Shown here one piece after another: positions 25,454-39,240 of a DNA stretch of 64,000 nucleotides; the stretch's first letter is position 1, and each line of letters starts with the position of its first letter. Where the stretch lies: contig OZ037773.1 of NCBI GenBank assembly GCA_964035545.1, forward strand, positions 10,815,869 to 10,879,868, read 5' to 3'. A program made the translations under genes and the position numbers. The DNA is from Bugula neritina. Taxonomy: Eukaryota; Animalia; Bryozoa. The notes under the pieces were generated by a model. It ran no database searches. It was not told the DNA's origin and worked only from the letters and a program-made list of their open reading frames with translations.

Positions 25454-25962
25454 ACCTGCTCTGGACGACTTGACGCAGTAGCTGCGGACACTGCCTTTCC
25501 ATGAAGGTGAATGAATGCGTACGGGTGCCCGTACGGATTACATCGAAGAAAAAACCACACCTTCCTATATGCAACCCATACAAAGTTATCTTCTCTTTGA
25601 AATTGTAACCGCTGAACTGGCAACTGTTCCAATTTTCAGCAAGAGAGGTGTCAACTTGTGCTAAATTTAACTTTCAAACTCATACATGCCAGGTAAAGTT
25701 TTAATTGAACGTGATCGTGTCTTAAGAGAAAGAGTTGTGAGTATCCCTGAGTAATTCTCGGACTTTCACTTTATGGCGGTCATATCAAGTTCTCTTAAGT
25801 ATGATGAAAAATGGAATATTCAGTTTAAGCTGCTGTAACTAAAACAAGTTATGTTTCTGATTCAAAGAAATTTCTTTCCTGGTTCTGTAGACTATATTGA
25901 TTTTGTCATGATAAAAATTTTCAATACTCTAGATTTTACAGTCTATAATTTGTCTCATACAG

Positions 25963-25998
<36 letters not shown>

Positions 25999-28900
25999 CG
26001 CACGCACACACACTTCAAATGTAAATTTCCAATACTCTAGATTTTAGAGCCTATGCCTATATGAGTTGTCTCATACATGTCTGTCATTTATTCAAAAATT
26101 TTAATTTGTCAAATGTCTTTGTTTTTTAGAATGTTTTCGAGCAGCTCAGATATTCACACATTAGAGAACAAATGGTTTTCACCAGGAAGATAGGACCTAG
26201 CCAACTGTGGTCAGTTCTGAGAGTCCCATCTTGATTATAATTAGGTATTTATTATTTATGATAACTTACTGTGTTTTCAATTTTACAGGATTATAAGGAA
26301 AGAATTATCTTGTACTTCTTGTATTTTTCTTGATAACTGATGTCCATAATTCACGTATATCTATTTCTGTTTGAAGTAGTGAAAAAGTTATGTATTTTTC
26401 ATTATTTTAGTCTTGTTAACTCTAAGTCTTGTGGAATTTGTTCAAGTTAAACACTTGTAGTTATTAGACTAATATCCCAGCTCTGCAAACATTTACTATT
26501 AGCAAATTAAAATGAAATGTTTTATATATTAAGATAGTCTAGATTATTTCTTGTCTGTTTTATAGTTGTGTTCAACCACATGCAGATGGAAGTCACCTTG
26601 ATATCAAGACCAGTTTTATATCTGTGAAAGGCTCACAAGCCACATGTAGAAGTTGTCTTCTCTCCATGTTTGATTCATCTAAACTTTCATCTGTTCAGGT
26701 TTGTGTCTAAATGAATTCTTTATTGTAACAATATTTACTCTTTCCCTGTGTTATGTGCTATTAGATTTTGGCATTCATAAAGCTACTACCAGTGCATGGC
26801 AATGAGGTGAAATCAGTTGACCAATATCTGCTCCTTAGTAGTTTTATTCTAGCTCCTAGAGGATAGCTACTCTCATAAATGACGTTAGATTTAGCTTCTT
26901 CTATACCCTTCCCTTGGACAAAGTTTAATTTAAGATAAGCATAACAAGCGTTACTACTCAAATAGTGAAGCATGTGCTTTTGATAAAAGTGGCAATATAA
27001 TTGTATAAAGTGTAGAATATATAACTTTGTAAAGTTGTGCACATAGAACTGTATAGAGTGGTGATTAAAATGCAACTGTGTGAGTGTGGCACATAAAATA
27101 TTTATACTATATGTCCTGTTAGCTATGAACTCCACTGTTGATTGATTTTGCAGTGTAACACTTGGCTGTTTTTCTGCTTTTAGTTTTAAAAAATTATGGC
27201 TGTTTATTTCATTCAAGAATTTCCAAATGTGTTTCTAATAAAAGTTAAAACAGCCCATTGTAAAGGCTCCTACAAACCTTACCCAGCTTTAGCTATGTAT
27301 GTAACCTTCCTGGCTCAAACCCAGTGTTAGTTTGTTTCACTTACAGGCTACTGATGGCTGCTTCATAATATTCGTTCTGGATGGTTTGGTATTAGTTGGA
27401 GTTGTTTGATCTCCACTTGACCTGAGCTGTTTTCAGACTGAGGTGAACTACATACTACTCTATTTGAAGTGTGAGGTAGCCGGTTATTACACCTTTTGCA
27501 TGTCTAATTTTTCAGTAGTGCGTGTTGGAATTTTTGTATCTGTATCACCTGTGATGAAAAGTAGACTTAATTTCTGTCAACATAAAACATATAGCCAGGA
27601 GAATATGAGCTCAGTAGAAGTGAAAATATATGCATCTTCTCCTTGTTTGTCTGAATGTCAATACAACATTTGACCTAAGATATGAGAAATCAGCACATGA
27701 TTAGAATTTTATTTTAAGATTTTACTTTTTATGGTAATGAAATTATTGCCTTCATTGAACACCATCAATAAGTAATTTATTTGACTTTGGAATTGTTTAA
27801 GCTGTTTCATGTAAATGCTATAACTACGCCTTATTCCAACTAAATGAGCACTCTTCAATCATATTTATTGTTTTGTCAATATATTGCTATAACTGTGTGA
27901 AAAGCTCTTATTAAATAATATAAGTTTACATAGTGCTATGCTTGCTTGTGGTAAGAAAACCAAGTCAGGCTTTCATTTTAGATATTTTATTATGGTTCTG
28001 TCAACAAATCATGTTTTTTATTTAAATAATTATGACATTCTTCTATACATCTATACATAAATAAGAATATGAATTTTCTTTTGTACTTCTCCATTTTGCT
28101 TCTGTTGCTTTCTTTACCACTGTTATATAAATTAAGCATTTTATTTCATTGTTTTTCATGATATGCGACTCTGCTTAAATATAGACTGCTTTATTTTTAC
28201 AGTAGCTGGTGTGATGGTCACATGGTCAGCTACTGGACAACCAACCGTTTGGGTGTAAAGTTGGACAAAGTCATTCTAGATTATTCTTCACATGTGCCAG
28301 CTGGATGAGCTATACGGAGGTAATTCCTGTTGTTTTTAATATATAGAGATATTTATTGTAGCAGTCTAAAAGAAAGTAGCGATGTAAAAGCCTTTACATC
28401 ATAAGTTGTAAGCGCAGTTGCAAGACGCAAGCTTAAAGATAGATGAAAATACTGGGTTGTTATACCAGTCAAAAAGGTCAGCTATTGTGTAGTAGCCGTA
28501 ATGAGTGTCGGAAAATCGTAATATAGCTTGCATAGCTGTAATAATACATGAAAAGCTATAATGCATTAGGGAAAAGCTTTCCCAACTTATGTAAAGTCCC
28601 AACAGTTCCTATTAAGTATAACACGAATCCTTGATTAAACTACTTACAATAGAATTATTTGAAAACTTTTAATTAATCACAATTTAACCAGTAAACAGTT
28701 TCAAACTTTTCATCGAGTTATATTTTCAATAATTACAATTAAAAGTTGCACTAAAGTTGAACTGATATATTATTTTACTTCTCTGTGAGTGGATATGACT
28801 TGGATGCTTTATGTGCCTCAACTTTACCTGATTATACATACCTGTGGTGGTTGATGTCTACTTTTATATCATAATTATATTATTTTACCCCAATCAGCTA

Positions 28901-30090
28901 AATATTCCAATTTTAAATTACTATAGGGAATAGGTTTTAGCAGTAGCAGATTAATTCAGCTAAAGTCTCACATAACTTAACTATATACCTCTGGTATTAT
29001 GCATTATACAATGTACTTATTTTCTGTAGTCTCTAAAACTAATTTTTGATGCTTCAACTAAATTTGGTTGCTTTAAAGTCACTTTTATTGTGAATGTCTG
29101 CTTTGATTTCTCTATATAATTGTTGGTGTGCCATGCATGGCTTTAAAGCTGTAAACACTGTTTTACGTTTCACAAAATATATATTGTTGTATCCTATATT
29201 ATCATGATGTTAGTTATAAAAAAATTTCACTTGTCAAAAAGTGGTAATTTATATAGTTGATAGTCATGAAAAGGGGGAATATTAGGAAAAGGTTGGGAAT
29301 TCGTGTGTTATATGTTTCTACTGCACTTTAAGGGAGAAAATATGTTGTTCGCATCAACCATCCTGCATAACCCATTGGCTGTTGAAATTTGGGCATACGT
29401 GCTTTTACAGGTACACTGTAAGGCATGAAAATTGTTTGGACAGTACATGAGCATGGAAAGCTTTTGTTGAATCATTAAAGCTTTGATTTTATTAACATAG
29501 CTATGTTAGCTACATTAGGCTATGTTAGCTACATTATGTTTTCTATGTTGTGTTATTTGCTTGTTTTGGCTATTCCAGACAAAAGCTATTTTCTAGACTA
29601 ATATAAACCCTGCACTTTCGGCTCTCTCTTCATTCAGTCTTTGGAAACGCACATCTCTCTTCAAGCAACAGGAACTAACTTGAGAGTTGGTTGTTTTAGA
29701 AATGCTCACCTTTCATCTGAAGGATTTAAAGCACCAAAGGCTTACAGTACATACAGGCTAATATATAAGGTAAGTTTCATTTTTCATTTATTGGTGCACA
29801 CAATTTATTTGATGAAGATTAGTTAATAAATTCAGTTTGAGACAAAGTTGTTAGTGGATTAGGTGTTATTTATGTTCAACAATTGCTATGGTCATAATAA
29901 AAATAGGAAATGTTAGTTGCGAAGTATTGAGTTTACACAACTACCATCTCTAAATAATTGTGTTTTAGGATGGAATTACCCTTGGGGTGGATACCATGGC
30001 TACATAATATACGTGTCAGTTTGAGACGGAGGGAACACACCAGCGAGGACTACAGCTGTCGTCTCTACCCCTTCACCTGTGCTACAAGTG
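25454..30090 (+). ncRNA. Putative multi-exon non-coding (or decayed coding) transcription unit, left arm
   Basis: AG..GT-bounded, GC-richer cassettes: A 26130-26244, B 26566-26698, C 26765-26806, D 27347-27442, E 28203-28319, F ending 29769 (AAG|GTAAGT), G 29969-30090. A, D and E have stops in all three frames. No expression evidence. Confidence 0.45.
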
Positions 30091-33000
30091 GTGAGACAGT
30101 ACTGCTCCTATAAATACTACTAGGTGTGGTGAGACAATGATCCACCTACTTATGATTTTTTTTCTTGAACTAGAACAGGCCATTCCACCACTAGTAGTTA
30201 TTGCGAATTCAATTGCAAAGCTAGAACGACTTGGCTATATAGCAGGCTACAATAGTTAGCTATTAAGCCTTTATTTTAAGCTATTTATAGCAAGCAGATG
30301 ACAAATACAATTAGTAATCAGTATTCTATTATAAGGCATAAACCCATAAGGTAGCTATTTTGTATTGCATTATATTCAAATTTTGTTCTTTTGATAGTTT
30401 ATAGTGCTGTAGCTTCACTGAATAATGATATTTCTTGTATTTATGTTTTGTATTACTGTCAGTTGGTCATGTGTTATATAGTTGACATTGTTTAATAGAT
30501 TTCACAGTTAGAAATAAAAGATAAGTCCAGCCTCCCAGGCCCAGTAGTTTATTCAGTGGCAAATGAGCATTAGACTCTACTTAAGGTCATAAGTCTTGAC
30601 AATGAAAATTTTATACTACTGTTGCAGTGAGCCCACTAACTCTCGAGACTGTCATGGTTGCCTTTCTGTATTATATATCCTGAGGTTTTACCGGATGATA
30701 AATTTAACTGACAGTTGGTAATACTATTAATTCAAAGACATGGCAACTAACTCTAGGAAGTGAATTAACTTTAGTAATGCTGGTTTGGATTATACTTGTC
30801 ATAATTCAATATATTCTGTTTGTAGAATCTCTATAGAAGCATCTATTCTTCACCTGCTGCTCAGCACAAAGTTACGGCCAACCCAGCAGATGCTTTTCAT
30901 TTTAGCCAATATATCCAGCCTTGGACTCTAGCTATAAAGTGGCTTGTGCCATGATACCGACATTAGTTCACAGGCGCCTTTTGCAGCAGGATATATTTTA
31001 ACATGGTTTTTTGAAATGATGGACCAACCGCTGCACCATACTATAACTATATGCATTTTATTAAATGTTTTTAGGCTTGCAGATATTGTTATTATTATAT
31101 ATAATAATTTTGCCTTGTTTCATAATCATTATTACAACATTTTCTATGGTGTTTTTGAAAGTAATTTATTTGATTTGTTTTCAAAAGCGACAATAAATGT
31201 AAGGTGTTATGCCAAGTGGGATTGTTGGTCTTCTTGTCTGCAAAGAAAAATTGACAGGATATCACTTATCACTTATCACTTATCACTTATCACTTATCAC
31301 TTATCACTTATCACTTATCACTTATCACTTATCACTTATCACTTATCACTTATCACTTATCACTTATCACTTATCACTTAGCACTTATCACTTATCACTT
31401 ATCACTTATCACTTATCACTTATCACTTATCACTTATCACTTATCACTTATCACTTATCACTTATCACTTATCACTTATCACTTATCACTTATCACTTAT
31501 CACTTATCACTTATCACTTATCACTTATCACTTATCACTTATCACTTAGCACTTAGCACTTAGCACTTAGCACTTAGCACTTAGCACTTAGCACTTAGCA
31601 CTTAGCACTTAGCACTTAGCACTTAGCACTTATCACTTATCACTTAGCACTTATCACTTATCACTTATCACTTAGCACTTAGCACTTAGCACTTAGCACT
31701 TAGCACTTAGCACTTAGCACTTAGCACTTATCACTTAGCACTTAGCACTTAGCACTTATCACTTATCACTTATCACTTATCACTTATCACTTATCACTTA
31801 GCACTTAGCACTTAGCACTTAGCACTTAGCACTTAGCACTTAGCACTTAGCACTTAGCACTTAGCACTTAGCACTTAGCACTTAGCACTTAGCACTTAGC
31901 ACTTAGCACTTAGCACTTAGCACTTAGCACTTAGCACTTAGCACTTAGCACTTAGCACTTAGCACTTAGCACTTAGCACTTAGCACTTAGCACTTAGCAC
32001 TTAGCACTTAGCACTTAGCACTTAGCACTTAGCACTTAGCACTTAGCACTTAGCACTTAGCACTTAGCACTTAGCACTTAGCACTTAGCACTTAGCACTT
32101 AGCACTTAGCACTTAGCACTTAGCACTTAGCACTTAGCACTTAGCACTTAGCACTTAGCACTTAGCACTTAGCACTTAGCACTTAGCACTTAGCACTTAG
32201 CACTTAGCACTTAGCACTTAGCACTTAGCACTTAGCACTTAGCACTTAGCACTTAGCACTTAGCACTTAGCACTTAGCACTTAGCACTTAGCACTTAGCA
32301 CTTAGCACTTAGCACTTAGCACTTAGCACTTAGCACTTAGCACTTAGCACTTAGCACTTAGCACTTAGCACTTAGCACTTAGCACTTAGCACTTAGCACT
32401 TAGCACTTAGCACTTAGCACTTAGCACTTAGCACTTAGCACTTAGCACTTAGCACTTAGCACTTAGCACTTAGCACTTAGCACTTAGCACTTAGCACTTA
32501 GCACTTAGCACTTAGCACTTAGCACTTAGCACTTAGCACTTAGCACTTAGCACTTAGCACTTAGCACTTAGCACTTAGCACTTAGCACTTAGCACTTAGC
32601 ACTTAGCACTTAGCACTTAGCACTTAGCACTTAGCACTTAGCACTTAGCACTTAGCACTTAGCACTTAGCACTTAGCACTTAGCACTTAGCACTTAGCAC
32701 TTAGCACTTAGCACTTAGCACTTAGCACTTAGCACTTAGCACTTAGCACTTAGCACTTAGCACTTAGCACTTAGCACTTAGCACTTAGCACTTAGCACTT
32801 AGCACTTAGCACTTAGCACTTAGCACTTAGCACTTAGCACTTAGCACTTAGCACTTAGCACTTAGCACTTAGCACTTAGCACTTAGCACTTAGCACTTAG
32901 CACTTAGCACTTAGCACTTAGCACTTAGCACTTAGCACTTAGCACTTAGCACTTAGCACTTAGCACTTAGCACTTATATGAAAAGAGAAAAAAAACTGCT

Positions 33001-36000
33001 GTCATGCATGCAAAGTGAACTGAGAAGTGCAGTATGAAAGGGGAACAGTGTGGAAAAGGTTGGTAGTCACTGCACTAACCTTTCCTGTCGAGATTTGTTT
33101 TGTCTTAAGGTCTGATGTAATCTTTTGTGTTGTTAACGCAGAGGTCAATGCAGGTACCTGGGCCGATGTCATTGAATATTCCAACACCAGCTTAACCTGG
33201 CTCAAACTACAAAAGTTTCAAGACTTTAAAGAAAGCATACCGGAGTACAACAAATTTGATCCGGAAAGAGAAAAGTGAACTGCTATAAGAGGACAGCAAA
33301 ACAGGACAACAAGAATTATAACAAAGAGAAGAGAACAGGACAACAAAGTTACTAGAATGATTTCTACATGCTACATAACACATTTCGAGTACCTACATGT
33401 TCGGTTTCTATCCATTCTAAAGAGAGCCATAGCAATTAGGGAGCAGGAACCCACGGTGCTGCAACGTACGACGTCAGAGGATCCATGAGGGCATATGGTG
33501 GAGAGTTTGGGGCCTATAGGGTCCACTCCAAGAAGTAGAGACTAAAGACAGCATGCCAGCTTATCAGCAGTAGATGTTTGGTGCCATAATATGTATCATG
33601 GAGCGATTCTTGCTAGCTATCACAGTATCTTCTGTAGCCCTGGTATCCATGCCCAGGATAACTCTATCCTAGAACACAGTCAATAGATGCAAGTCATGTA
33701 AACTCAATACTTCAGCAACCAACATTTCCTATTTTTATTATGACCATAACAATTGTTGAACAATAATAACAATAACCCCTAATCCACAAACAACTTTGTC
33801 TTAAACTGAATTTATTAACTATTTTTCAACAAATGAAAAATGAAACTTACCTTATATATTATCCCACATATAGTTGTGCCAGTACTGTAACCTTTTGGTG
33901 CTGTAAAACCCTCAGATGAAAGGTGAGCATTTCTAAAATAACCAACTCTCAAGTTAATTCCTGTTGCTTGAAGAGAGATGTGCGTTTCCAAAGACTGAAT
34001 GAAGAGAGAGCCGAAAGTGCAGGGTTTTTATTAGTCTAGAAAATAGCTTTTGTCTGGAATAGCCAAAACAAGCAAATAACACAACATAGAAAAGCATAAT
34101 GTAGCTAACATAGCCTAATGTAGCTAACATAGCTATGTTAATAAAATCAAAGCTTTAATGATTCAACAAAAGCTTTCCATGCTCATGTACTGTCCAAACA
34201 ATTTTCATGCCTTACAGTGTACCTGTAAAAGCACGTATGCCCAAATGTCAACAGCCAATGAACTATGCAGAATAGTTGATGTGGACAACATATTTTCTCC
34301 CTTATAGTGCAGTAGAAATATATATAACACAGGAGTTACCAACCTTTCCCTAATATTCCCCCCTTTCATGAATATTGACTATTAATTTCCCCCTTTTGAC
34401 AAACTGTGAAAATTTTTATAACTGGCATCATGATAATATAGGATACAACAATATACATCATATGAAAAGTAAAGCAGTATTTACAGCTCTAAATCCTGCA
34501 TGGCACACTAACAACTATCAAGACAAACATCCACAATAAAAGTGACTTTAAAAACAACAAAATTTAGTTGAAGCATCAAAAACCAGTTTTAGAGACTATA
34601 GAGAATAAGAACATTGTATATAATGCATAGTACCAGAGGCATATAGTTTAAATGTGAGACTTTGGCAGAATTAAGCTGCTACTGGTAAAACCCATTCGCT
34701 AGTAATTTAAAATTGGAAAATTCAGCCCATTGGGGTAAAATAATATAATTAGGGTATAAAAGTAGACATCAACCACCAAGGTTATGTATAATCAGGTTAA
34801 GATAAACCGCATAAAACATCCAGGCCATACCAACTTATAGAGAAGCAAAATAATATATCAGTTCAACTTTAGTGCAACTTTTATTTGTAATTATTGAAAA
34901 TATAACTCGATGAAAAGTTTGAAACTGTTTACTGGTTAAATTGTGATTAATTAAAAGTTTTCAAATAATTCTATTGTAAGTAGTTTAATCAAGGATTCGT
35001 GTTATACTTAATAGGAATTGTTGGGACTTTACATAAGTTGGGAAAGCTTTTCCCTAATGCATTATAGCTTTTCATGTATTATTACAGCTATGCAAGCTAT
35101 ATTACGATTTTCCGACACTCATTACGGCTACTACACAATAGCTGACCTTTTTGACTGGTATAACAACCCAGTATTTTCATCTATCTTTAAGCTTGCGTCT
35201 TGCAACTGCGCTTACAACTTATGATGTAAAGGCTTTTACATCGCTACTTTCTTTTAGACTGCTACAATAAATATCTCTATATATTAAAAACAACAGGAAT
35301 TACCTCCATATAGCTCATCCAGCTGACACATGCCAAGAATAATCTAGAATGACTTTGTCCAACTTTATACCCAATTGGTTGGTTGTCTAGTAGCTGACCA
35401 TGTGACCATCACAGCAGTTACTGTAAAAATAAAGCAGTCTATAATTATGTGGTGTTGCATATCACGAAAAACAATGAAATAAAATACTAAATATATAACA
35501 TATTTTATAAAAACATTATTGAAGAAAGCAACAAAAGTAAAAATGGAGAACAACAGGGGGGAATTCACATTTTTTATTGATGTATAGGTGTACAGAAGAG
35601 TGTCACACTTGATTGATTTAAAAAAATGATTTGCTGCAAGAGCCATAACCAAAAATCAAAAATGAAAACCTGACTTCGTTTTCTTACCACAAGCAAGCAC
35701 AGCACTATGTAAACTTATATTTTTTAATAAGAGGTTTTCACACATTCAGCAATAAATTGACAGAACAACAAATATGATGGAAGAGTGCTCATTTAGATGG
35801 AATGAGGTTTAGTAGCATTTACAAGCTCCGAAATCAAATGAATTACTGATTGATGGTGTTCAATGAAGGCAATGATTTTATTAACATGAAAGTAAAATCC
35901 TAAAATAAAATCCCAATCATGTGCTGATTTCTCATCTCTTCAGTCAAGTTTTGTATGGAGCTAGGGTAAGGTTGGCAAGAGCTATTACAATAGGCTGTTT

Positions 36001-37255
36001 TAACTTTCATTAGAAACCCGTATGGCAATTCTTGAATGAAATAAACAGCTAAAACTTTTAAAGCTAAATATAACGGCAGAAAAACAGCCAAGTGTTACGG
36101 TAGAATTAATCAACAGTGGACTTCATAGCTAACAGGACATATAGTATCAGTATTTTATGTGCCGAACAGTACAGTTTCATTTTAATCATCACTCTATACA
36201 GTTCTATGTGCACAACTTCCCAAAGTTATATATTCTACACCTTATACAATTATATTGCAACTTCTATCAAAAGCACATGCTTCAGTGTTTGAGTAGTAAC
36301 GCTTGTTATGCTTATCCTAAATCATACTTTGTCGAAGGGAAGGTAGAAAAAGCTGAATCTAACATCATTTAGGAGAGTAGCTATCCCCTGGTAGTAGCTT
36401 TATGAATGCTAAAACCTACTAGCACATAACACAGGGAAAGAATGAATATTGTCACAATAGACAATTCATTCAGACACAAACCTGAACCGATGAAAAATTT
36501 CGTTGAATCAAAAACAGAGAGAAAACAACTTCTACATGGCTTCTCATGGATTTAAAACCAGTCTTGATAGCAAGGGAATTTTTATCTGCATGTGGTCAAA
36601 CACAACTACAAAACAGACAATAAATATTCTAAACTACCTTAATATATAAAACATTTTATTTTAATTTGCTAATACAGTAAATGTTTGCAGAGCTGAGATA
36701 CTAGTCTACTGACTACAAGTGATTAACTTGAACAAATTCACAAGACTTGGAGTTAACAAGACTAAAATAATAAATAAAACATAACATTTTTACGACCACT
36801 TCAAACAGAAATAGATATACATGAATTATGGACATCAGTTATCAAGGAGAATACAAGAAGCACAAGATAATTCTTCCAATACATCGTGTAAAACTGGTAA
36901 AATTGAAAACAGAGAAAATTATCGTAAATAATAAATACCTTATTATAACCAAGAGGGGGCTCACAGAACTGACCACAGTTGACTAGATCCTATCTTCCTG
37001 GTGAAGACCATATGTTCTCTAATGTGTGAATATCTGAGCTGCTTGGAGACATTCTAAAAAACAAAACACATCTGACAAATTGAAGTTGTTGAATAAATGA
37101 TGACAAGACATGTATGAGACAAATTATAGACTGTAGAATCTAGAGTATGGGAAATTTGTATCATGATAAAATCAACATAGTCTACAGAACCAGGAAAGAC
37201 ACTTCTTTGAATCCGAAACTGTTTCAGTTGAAACAACATGAACTGAATATTCCAC
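25805..37255. repeat. Large imperfect inverted repeat: arms ~25805-30015 and ~33620-37255, spacer containing the heptamer satellite
   Basis: Reverse-complement matches throughout; for example the ORF at 28399-28602(-) matches 35018-35224(+), and 29881-29937 pairs with ~33697-33755. Confidence 0.92.
31260..32976. repeat. Heptamer satellite (TATCACT)n grading into (TAGCACT)n, ~245 units
   Basis: Read directly. Confidence 0.98.
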
Positions 37256-39049
37256 TTTTCAATTTCGAGGAATGATTATGACTATAATATGAGTATGTAA
37301 CTGAAATAAAGTCAAACAAATTGAATTATTGGGTAGGAGTTAGAATTTATTGCACAGTTATGGCTATTTTGAAAAGAAAATTTGATATCAATTATGAGCC
37401 ATACAGTACAGAGTAGCAAATCAATGAATTAAAATCATAAGCTTGTACATGTGGTGAGCAAAGCAACAGCCGCACTATTACAGAAAGGTCATTGTAAAAT
37501 GTTAGTGTAAATATTTGTGCGAAGTTTAATACTCCTGCAGAGGGCTTGATATAGAATCACAAAAATTATGTCTAATGAAATCATATATCACAACAAAATA
37601 CCGTAATTATTAAAACAGCATTATATTAATAGATAAATTAACTATCCCTTCAGTGTGAATCACAATTAATTAAGGCAAGCAGATAAAATCAAGCTGAAGA
37701 CAGGTCTATTGTAAAATGAAAAATTTATAGTACGAAAATGGAAAAAAAACTGTAAACACTGAAATAAAAATAAAATATGATACCAGCAAAAATGGCTTGG
37801 CATATTATATAATTAGTGGTACAGCAGCACCAATATTATGCTTAGACAAGAAATTATCTCAAAGGACAAATTTTCAATAAACTAAAGAAATGAGAAAGAC
37901 TCACTGCATCAACTATTAGCTAGAAAACCTATATCAAACTAAAAGCAGTAACAGATAGGGTGCTAAAATGTATACCTCACTAATTACAGTATTACCAACA
38001 TTATTATTCTTAGTATTGATTTTGTGGTTTAGTTCAGCAAACGAGAGGAGAACAGGGTAGAATTGTTACCTTGAAATCAAGCCCATTTAAAGCCAAGCTA
38101 AATTGAGATTCATTATATAAGCCTTGCAGCTGCATTTACTCAATTGAGGGCTTTAAATATTTGTTTTTGTTTTTGGAAATTTTTTAAAAGTTCTTAAACT
38201 TGTTTATTGAGCTAAAACTTATAAAACACCATAAATTAAGCTCATGAATTACAACCATGTTCAGTGCCAGTGAGATGCACAGAATAAAAAGTGTCCATCT
38301 TTGAAACTGTAATTAAATGAAATTAAATAACAGCTACAACTTTTAAAACAAAATAAAACGACGGAAAAGCAGCTATGTGTTACGGCAGTGTTAATCAACA
38401 GTGGATTTCATAGCTAATAGGAGCAGATATAGGTCAACTGAGTTGACTTGCTTACTCCCAACTTGTTGAATTGTGATTAAATGCAAATTTGTGAACAATT
38501 CTATAGACAAATAGCTTCATCAAGGAGACAAATTATACTTAATAAGTATTACCTCCATATAGCTCTTACAGCTGACACATGCCAAGAATAATTTAGAATG
38601 ACTTTGTCCAACTTTATACCCAATTGGTTGGTTGTCTAGTAGATGACCATGTGACCATCACATCAGTTACTGTAAGAATAAAGCAGTCTATAATTATGTG
38701 GTGTTGCATATCATGAAAAACAATGAAATAAACATAAAATTCTAAATGCAGTTCATTCATTACAACAGCAGTAGAAAAAGCAAAAAAATGGAAAATGGAC
38801 AAATACAAAACAATCATTTTTAATCTTGAAGATTAATCATTACTCAAATAAGTAGAAGAGTGTCATCATGCTTAATTAAGTTGAAATATGATTTGTTGAA
38901 AGAGCCATAACCTGATAAATAATAAAGCTAAACATAGTTACCAAGTGAGAGCAAAATACTTCCCTAGTCTGGAGGCTGCGGAGTCACAATAAACTGATCA
39001 AACTATTCTTACTGACAATTTGCAAGTGTGAGCCTTTGAATATCCTAAA

Positions 39050-39240
39050 GAAAACAACTACCTCATCATATTCCAAGAAACTGAGAGAAGACAACTACAT
39101 AAAGAAACTTGAAGAAAACAGGAGAAGACAACTACATTACGAGAGTTCAGGAAAACAAAAGAAGACAACTTCGTAATGGAACTTTGAGAAAACAAGAGAA
39201 GACAACTACATGATGAAACTTTAGGAAAAGACAACTACAC
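39050..39240 (+). repeat. Degenerate ~33-bp tandem repeat (core GAGAAGACAACTACAT); shorter copy at ~59940-60030
   Basis: Read directly; ~6 units. Confidence 0.75.

Noticed and set aside
25801-25860. C/D-box snoRNA (ATGATGA...CTGA)
   Set aside because: Only ~60 nt, no terminal stem, and the C box is absent from the paralogous copies.
31260-32976. Interstitial telomere
   Set aside because: The unit (TAGCACT/AGTGCTA) lacks the G-run of known animal telomere repeats such as TTAGGG or TTAGG.
33002-33278. Short ORFs beside the satellite as a transposon or gene fragment
   Set aside because: No recognisable motif; cannot be assigned without a database search.
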